This document shows positions 54,625 to 64,000 of a stretch of 64,000 nucleotides of DNA, in pieces (the stretch's first letter is position 1; the number at the start of each line of letters is the position of its first letter). The DNA comes from the human T2T-CHM13v2.0 reference genome, Homo sapiens: the NCBI RefSeq assembly GCF_009914755.1, contig NC_060941.1; one strand, given 5' to 3'. A program made the position numbers and the translations under genes. The notes under the pieces are model-generated. The model was not told the origin of the DNA, made no database searches, and worked only from the letters and a program-made list of their open reading frames with translations.

Positions 54625-56640
54625 TAGGAAGAAAAGAGAGAAGCCAAGGATGTCTCTTCTACTTGATACCTGAACAGCTCCCAGGAGAATGGTGACACCC
54701 TTTACTGAGACAAGGAAACCTGTGGGAGGAGAGTATTTTAGGAGAAGAGTGAAGGGAAAAATCAAGATTTCCATTTTGGACATGTTATATTTAACATATC
54801 TGTTAGATGTCATGGTGGAGTTGCCTGGCAGGCATTTGGATATATGAGTCTGGAATTCAGGGGAGAGATTGGTTCTGAAGATAAAAAATGTGTGAGTCAT
54901 CAATATATAGATGGGTATGTAAAGTCATGATCCTGCTGATGAATTCTGCTAGGGAGTATAAATATTGGGGAGAAGAGGGCCAAGAGCTAAGCCCTGGTGT
55001 GAGCAACTACTAGAGGATGGGGAAAAAAGAGGGGAAACAAAACATAAGAAATTGAGAAAGAGATTCTATCAAGGCAATGGGAAAACCAGAAGAGGGTAGC
55101 ATCCAAGAAGCCAAGTGAAGAAAGATTGCCATTCCCAGCGCTGCTGCAAGCTCCAGATAAGGACTCAGACTTGGTCCTTAAATCTGGCCAAGGGCAGAGA
55201 CAAGACAAAAACAATGGTAACAAAAGCCTTTTGGGACAGAGTCAAGAAGAGCTCATAAGGTGAAGGTGAAGAGGGGGAGGCAGAAGTTATAGATGATTTC
55301 AAGGAGTTTTGTTATAGGGCAAAAAGAGAATGAAGTGGTAGTGGGAAGAAGCTATGAGGAAAGGGGGAGATTATCTAGAATGGGAGAGATCCCAGTGTGT
55401 TTGCAGGCTGATGAGAATGAGACATGAGAGGGAAAAGATGGTACAGGGGAGAGAAGAGATCATGGCTGGAGCAAAGTCCTCTAGCAGGCAATTCAGGGTG
55501 GATCTGGCCCACCAGCAAGGGAGTAGGCCTCTAATGGGAGCAGGTGCAGTCTGCAGGAAAAGCAGAATATGTGGGTACCCAAGGAGGTAGAGGGTGACTC
55601 ATTTGTAGGTGGATGAGCATGTTCTCTTCTGCCTGCTTCTGTTTTCTCAGTGAATTGAAGGTGAGGTCATCAACTGAGAGTAAGGAAGTGAATGTCAGGA
55701 GGGCCTGTGACACAGTAGCCCTGGAGAACAGGATTGTGAATCAACCAGGCAAATGCAGTAGGACTGCCAGGCAGTGTGGGGGCCCTAGTGAGGTTTGTGG
55801 TAAAAAATCAACATGTGACCAGACAGCCCCCACTTTCTGTTTTTCTCCAGCCGGATCCAAGTACTTTGCAGGAGCAGAGGAGGTGAAAAGTCAGGCTGAT
55901 GTATGGTAGATTTTCAACTCTGTAGGCGGGGGGAAGAGATGGAAGCTGAGAGTTTATGCAAGGCAGGGATTATAACAAAAGAAAGACGGCAATGAGGACA
56001 TGAAGGAGTTGAGGGAACAGTGCCAAAGGGAAGGGACAATGACTTAAAGGTCTTGGCAGGGTCAATGAATCACTGAGGTCAGCATCGTAGAGAGAATCCT
56101 CTGGAAGATAGTTGGTTGTTGTTGGAGATGGAGATCCTTAAGAATGAGATTTGGGAGAAAGAACAGTCACTGAATGGTTGGGTAGGACCTTAGAAGGAGT
56201 GGCTATGGAAGCACAGAAGACAAGGTCCTTGGAAGAGAACAGATAAGGGACTGAGAGGCCTGAAGAGTGAAAGACCTATGTGATTATTGAAACAACTGTG
56301 GATGATGACAGGTGGGGTGCTTATGGTGAAAGTGAGCCAGGTACAAAGTCTTTTGTAGGTAAGAGGAAGGTCCGGGTTAACTCACCAAAGCAGGGGGTAT
56401 TACGGCATAGAGTCTAATACTGTGAGCTTCAAAGGAGCTGAGGTTGGGTATGGGGTAGAAGATGGAGAAATGGTCTGGAGGATGGGATGTGAAGCAAGCA
56501 TGACACATCATCACCTTCTAGGCCCTGTGTCCATAAAGGAAAAAGAAAAGTCATAGCTTCAGAAGGCTGGAAGGGAAGCCAAGACCTCCAGGGATGACTG
56601 GTTTTAGTTGCAGCAGGCATTTGAAGAGAACATTCTTAGC
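54625..56640 (-). mobile_element. long degraded L2 segment
   Basis: ttttggacatgttatattt...ggcaggcatttggatatatgagtctggaattcaggggagag, typical antisense L2. Confidence 0.7.
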
Positions 56641-56735
56641 AACAGGTGAGGATATGGGTCATTTTGATGATGAGCAACTCTGAGCTATAGGGCACAGTGA
56701 AAGGATTCTGAGGGAGCAGAGGATGGGGAGGGGGG

Positions 56736-57112
56736 TGATATGGTTTGGCTCTGCGTCCCCACCCAAATCTCTTCTTGAATTGTACTCCCATAATTCCCCA
56801 TGTGTTGTGGGAGGGGCCCGATGGGATATAATTGAATCATGGGGGCAGTTTCCCCCATACTGTTCTCGTGGTAGTGAATAAGTCTCACAAGATCTGATGG
56901 TTTTATCAGGGGTTTCCGCATTTGCATCTTCCTCATTCTCCCTCTGCCTGCTACCATCCATGTAAGATGGGACTTGCTCCTCCTTGCCTTCCGCCATGAT
57001 TGTGAGGCTTCCCCAGACACATGGGACTGTAAATCCAATTAAGCCTCTTTCTTTTGTAAATTGCCCAGTCTCGGGTATGTCTTTATCAGCAGTGTGAAAA
57101 CCGACTAATACA
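56736..57112 (+). mobile_element. THE1 solo LTR
   Basis: tgatatggtttggctctg...gactaataca; flanks ggggg/ggagg. Confidence 0.95.
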
Positions 57113-57159
57113 GGAGGATTACTAGATTAGGGGATAGACAGAGCTAGAAGATGATAAAG

Positions 57160-58279
<1,120 letters not shown>

Positions 58280-58619
58280 AGGTCTGAGTGACCAGAGACA
58301 TTTCTGTAGGCTTAGACTTTAGAGGGTCAACTGCAATGTAATACATAACGGGATGCGTCTCGATGGTTTTTTGGGTAGGCAACACCCTTTTTCTCAGGAT
58401 GCTTTCTGCAAGAGCTTGTAGGGTATGATGAATGGTATTATAAAAGGGGATCAGTGGGCTCAGAAAGGATACATTAATTCCAGGATGAACAGACGTCTGC
58501 AGGCCTTATTTGCAGAAAGTGTGTGGTGGTAGGGCAGAGGAACTTACACTGTTCTTCTCCCCGTTCCCTCTACTCACTATACTGCAGCTCCACTTGTCTA
58601 TCTCTGCCTCAGAAAACTA

Positions 58620-58942
58620 CAGATTGGGCAGCCCTAATCTTTCCAAAATCCAAAACGCGTCAACATCCAAAACTTTTTGAGCACTGACATGAGGCCACGA
58701 GTGGAAACTTCCACACCTAAGTACTTAATGCAAAATTTGTTTTATGCACAACATTTTAAAATATTTTACAAAATTACCTTCAGGCTAGGTGTATATAAAA
58801 CATAAATATATTTTGTGTATAGGTTTGGTTCTCATTTCCAAGATCTCATTATATGTATGCAAATAGCCCAAAAATCTGAAAACAATCTGAGATCCAAAAC
58901 ACTTCTGGTCCCAAGCAATTCAGATAAGGGATGCTCGATCTG
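58620..58942. mobile_element. Tigger4b-like (TcMar) MITE within L2
   Basis: cagattg...ccctaatc / gataagggatgctcgatctg terminal inverted repeats, TA on both sides. Confidence 0.8.
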
Positions 58943-60329
58943 TACCTAGGCTGTCCCAGCCTCAAGGCCTGTGCACTTGTCATCCCTTTGCCTGGAATAT
59001 TCTGTCTCGGAGCTTCTCATGGCTGGCTCTCTCTCATCACAGAGAGCTCATCTTGGAGGCCACCTGCTTAGAAAAGCCTTCCCTGGCCATCACGCCTAAT
59101 GTACTGCCACCTCCTTCACTGTTTTCATCATTTTCCAAAAAGGTATTATTTTCACACTTGTTCATCTGCTTAATGTTAGTTTCTCCAATTATAAGGTCCA
59201 CAAAAACTATTGTCTCCTACCCCCTTTGTTCAGCACTGACTCCCAATGCACCGACTAATGCCTGGTGTGCACAGGTGCTAAATAGCAACAAAAGGAGCAA
59301 TAGGAATAATCATCTTTGATTGGATGAATAAATGTAAGCACATACAATGCATAAGTCATTTAACCTCCCTCGACCTCATTCATAAATAAGACTTTGACCC
59401 AGGTCTTATCTTTAAGATCCTTTCCAATCTTATAATGCCAGTTATATAACAGCCCGATAGAATCTGAGAGACCCACAGGAATGTTGCTGCTCAACATGCA
59501 CATTCATATCTCAAGCCAAGAGAAGAAAGGTCCCGTGTATTAGACCTTTTAAAAAAAGTCTATCAGGTCAAGATAACTGATCTAATTTGAGCAAAGAATG
59601 GTTTAACTTACACACATTTCCTTGCACTTCACATTAATCCTTTAAGCTGCAGCTAGACCACACGCTTCAAAGGTAAAGCCAGGGAACACGATGATCCCAT
59701 AGGTGCAGCATTGTTGACCCAGCCACCATTTTGGACTGCTGGGTGAGTTCCATTTGGCTTTGACTTTTCTTATGTGTTTAGAGTGTACATGGAGCTTCCT
59801 AAACCGTAGAAGTCATCTCATTGATCCAAGAATCACTAAGACCTTTATCAATAATCTTAGTCCAATCTTTTGTTAAGGCATTGAAACTGATTGAGGTCAG
59901 CCATTCACTTCTTTCTGCAGCCATGATTAATCTAGTGCCCACTACGGCCCAGGTCTTGAGCTGAGGAGGTGAGAATTCCACTCTTCTTCTCAAGCTCCAA
60001 CATGTTTAATACTCCCTCCCTTTTAAACTCTGCTGAGCATAGGATCATCTGGTGTTCCACCACCCTACTCACTTATGCTTTGGCCAAGAGATTCAAATGC
60101 CTAGAGAGGCAGTTTGAAATTTCAAAGGTCACAGTTATTTGGCGGAAGTCTCACTCTGCCTCATCGACTGTGGTCCTGTGTTGTCTCTTTTCCCGTTTCC
60201 AACTCTATGCCATTTCACTTTATTACAGAAGTATCTTTCCTTTCCCCCACATAGTTGCAGCGTAAGATCCCCCCTTCTCTTCCCTTTCCCCTAATTCCAA
60301 AGCACAGATCCAGAACCCCCTCCTAGGCA

Positions 60330-61193
60330 GGTTAATGCCCCATTTGGTGTTATAGGATCTTTACGAGGCTGAGAAATGGAAGCCAGCAGCCTAGCAGCTC
60401 TGCCGGAGAGCAGGAAGCCACAATGCAGGGAAAGAGGCAGAAGGAGTCTGGGAGGCGAAGTCTGCCTTTTTTGATGACTGATGTAAGGGCTTCGTACTTG
60501 AACTTTTAGTTTTATAGTTCTATAAAAGGCAGCTGACAAAAGAGAACCCGTTTTGGGAGGGTCCAGCTGGCCGGACTGAGCTGGGTGGGGCGGTCCCAAC
60601 ACATGAAAGCCAGGGCTGATTTTCATCCATGATGTCAGAGAGGCGATGGGATTCCCACTGAGCCAGAGGATAGGAGAGCAGACAGTTCCAGCCCGGGCCC
60701 TGCCAATGCCGGCAACAGTTTCAATCCTGGCTTCCTGGCTCTTCTGCAAGATCCTTTTCCTCCTCGGAGACTCTTTGCAGTGTTTGGAAGGGAAGCTCTC
60801 TCGCTCAGCCTGCGGGTGTCTGCTGAGGCAGGAGAGCCGCTGGCCTCCCTCCTTGGCTTCCTGGCTCCCCTATACCTCTGCTTGGCTCGGCTCTCTATTT
60901 CCTTTCGTTTCAGTGGAGGATGCAGGGAGACTGACAGGGCTGGCTGTGCAGGGGCCCACAGCGTTTTACAGACTTATAGTCCTGAGCTCTTGCATTGCAG
61001 CCCCCCACTTCTGGATTTGGTGGGGGACAACCTCTGCTCCCTTCTCTGACTCAGACTCAGACCCTGGACTCCACAACTGGAGAAGCTGCTCAACATACGA
61101 AAAGTGGTTGGGGTGGATGGTTGTTTTCAATTAAATCTAATCTGAAGAAACATGGGGGGCTTTTTGGTTGGTGTGTGTGTGTGTTTGTTTTTT

Positions 61194-61225
<32 letters not shown>

Positions 61226-61700
61226 GTCGTTTTTCTTTTTGCTTATTCACATCAAACTATTGCGCTGGCCCAAGCCTGCAGTTTCATGCGGACAAAGCAG
61301 GTCTCTCTCCAAGCCCTGGGGGCTGGGGGTGAAGCAACTGCTACTCACTCAGCTCTGACTCAGAGGAGGTTCCTTTTTCCTGGCCAGAAGCAGCGCTGCC
61401 CAGTTCCAGGGAGAGGCTGGGAGGAGCAATGGAAGGGAGCCCAGAAGGGCAGTTGCAGAGGGTGCCGAGCGCTGGTTTCCTGATTCACGAAGGTTTCAGA
61501 AGCCGAGTGGCTCTGGCCAGCAGGCAGGTCCCACGACGCGCCTAATCTGCATGATCAGCTCCTTCTTTTGGAGACTGACCAGATTTACCCCCATGAGCCC
61601 TGGTAGCAAGGCCAGGAGAACAGGGTTAGAGCAAAATCCCAGGGTAACGCTGCTGAATGGCCTAAAGTACTGAGGCCATCCATCATCAAAAAATGATCGT
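60330..61700. promoter_or_regulatory. GC/CpG-elevated non-repeat region, candidate promoter or enhancer
   Basis: retained CpGs, TATAAAA 60521, GGGGCGG near 60587, GGGATTCCC 60648. Confidence 0.4.
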
Positions 61701-62371
61701 GCTATACTATTTAAATTTGCTTTGGTGTTTTCTTGGTGTTTCTTTGGGCTGTCTAGCAACACATCATTCCTGCACTCATTCCTTCATCAAAACGCCAAAT
61801 GTTATTTTCTGGACCTACTATGCACGTGCTAGTTACTACTGAACAATGGAGAGGCATTTGGTAAGTGAGCCTGAAATAACTTAGTGCCTTATTGATGAAC
61901 TAATTCCCAGAAACCAGGGCTTTTTTTTTTTCTTTTTTTTTTAAACAAAGGCCATAAGGTATGTGTTTTCCTCTGTACCAAGTGGGGCTGGGCATTGGGG
62001 GTGGCCCTCTGACCCCCATGACCTACCTTTGGTGGTACACATGGTTCCCTCAAGACTGTCCCCTTCTTTCTAATAGGAAGGGTCCAGATTGGAGATAAAG
62101 TTCAAGATCTCCCAAGGAGAATGGAAATGGAGCTTCCTCTGCCAGAGCAATGAGGAGAGAGTGTACAACTTTCCACATTCTACTTCCTCCCTTCTCTTCT
62201 TTTTGCTTTCCTTTGTTCATTTTTTATTCATTAAATATTCACTGAGTGGCAATTGATAGCCTCCTTACTATGCAGCATTGCTATAAATTAAATATGTAAA
62301 TCAAATATGTATAGTAAAAAAAGAAATCTAACAAAGCAACCTATAAGCTTGGTAAGAAATAAGTGGAGTGT

Positions 62372-62742
<371 letters not shown>

Positions 62743-63119
62743 CTATCTTAGTGAGGTCACAGAAAATGCTTGATTAAACAACATGCTTTTTAAGGCCCTT
62801 TTTCATTATCTCATTTACCATTCCAATGGTCAGAGAGAACAGGACCAGAGGGGTTATGCCCATTATAAAGATGAATAAACTGTGTGGTTTGCAGTTAAGT
62901 AACTTGCCTTTTTGTAGCCAAATATGTAGTTCCTGGCAGAAAAAGAACTTTAGGACTTAGAGTAACTAACAGAGGACTGCAGCAGCTGTACCAGACTGGG
63001 TAAATATTGGTGCATCAAAGGATGTATATTTTTCTTCCTTTTTTCTTAATACTTTGGGTAGAGATAAAACTTAAAAGAGCATGCTAGTTGATCCATGTTC
63101 TAATATTGCCTGCTTTAGA

Positions 63120-63410
63120 AGCCAGGGAGATGGTAGCATGAGAAGGACTTGGCCCACCATTGTTGGCTTTGAAGATGGAGAAGGGGCCAGCAGCTAAGGA
63201 ACGCAGGCAGCCTCTAGAAGTTGAAAAGGCAAGGAAATGAATTCTTCCCAGGGAATCCAGAAAGAAACACAGCCCTGCCAATATCTTGATTTCAGCTCAC
63301 GGAGACCCATTTCAGTTCTGACTTCCAGAACTGTAAGATAATACATTCAGGTTGTTTTAGGCCATTAACTTTGTGTTCATCTGTTACAGCATCTATTTGA
63401 AACTAATATA
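63120..63410 (+). mobile_element. MLT1D-like LTR 3' part
   Basis: tggctttgaagatggag...gcagcctctagaag...tgacttccagaactgtaagataa...aaactaata. Confidence 0.85.
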
Positions 63411-64000
63411 GAAGGATAAATTTCAGTCTGGATAACCCTGGCTGAATTCCCACTGGTCACCCACAAGCATATGTATGGATAATTGCCTGTACACATGAGT
63501 TACAAAACAAGATGGCTATGAGGGCTTTGAGAATTTCCCAGTCTAGCTAATTCTCTGAAGCCACTTACAGGATATTCCTATGCCAGGGACAATCAGCATT
63601 AGTGAATCTGTCTCCTCGCTGCCTCCTCACTGCCTGCCTCCATTGTTTTTAACAGTGGTTTGCCACTGAGGTCAACACCAGGTTCAGGGGCCCGGCTGTA
63701 GAGCACATAGACAGGGTAACAGCTGTGCTGCACAAGACACCTCATGGCTCGCATTTGTTGGCAAAATGCAGCTTCAACAAGTCACAACCTGTAAAAGAAA
63801 CCACAAAGCCCAGAGCTCTTCGAGAAAGTCAGGACCATGGACATCAAACAGCAAGTTTGACTGCACCTCCATGAACTCCTGATGTCAAGACATCTTCTCC
63901 CCCTACCTGTGGACAGAGGACAGGTAGTCATCCTGATATGATGCTAACTTTGGCAGTCAATAGAGGCTGAAGGTGATCATGACCCCATCTGTGAAACTCA

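Noticed and set aside
60291-61483. Overlapping 152-162 aa ORFs
   Set aside because: Expected in GC-rich DNA; no recognisable domain, and one runs through a poly-T tract.

Overview
Primate (human-like) non-coding genomic DNA, intronic or intergenic. I can support no protein-coding gene, tRNA, rRNA or CRISPR array, and I could not identify the locus. The long ORFs are read-throughs of Alu, LTR, L1 or microsatellite sequence, or short chance ORFs. Roughly half the window is recognisable interspersed repeat: over 20 Alu copies or fragments; MaLR LTRs (THE1/MST/MLT1), including one full-length THE1 element; ERV1 LTRs (MER4, MER41); an ERVL LTR (MLT2A); a decayed ERV3-16A3/LTR16 provirus with protease and RT motifs; L1M, L2 and MIR fragments; and DNA-transposon fossils. 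Subfamily names come from recalled consensus sequences and need Dfam/RepeatMasker confirmation. The most unusual signal is a recurring class of short non-tandem local copies: at least six pairs of 19-230 bp lying 1-4 kb apart in the same orientation, several with fold-back hairpins or direct repeats at the junction, consistent with templated-insertion DNA-repair scars. Other candidates are a 21-nt frame-preserving microexon, a possible recursive splice site, a MER41 LTR with two intact GAS motifs, a 3x75-bp VNTR carrying STAT6-type sites, a polyadenylated LTR retrocopy, tandem CTCF motifs and a back-to-back TATA palindrome. None of these is a demonstrated new biological system.
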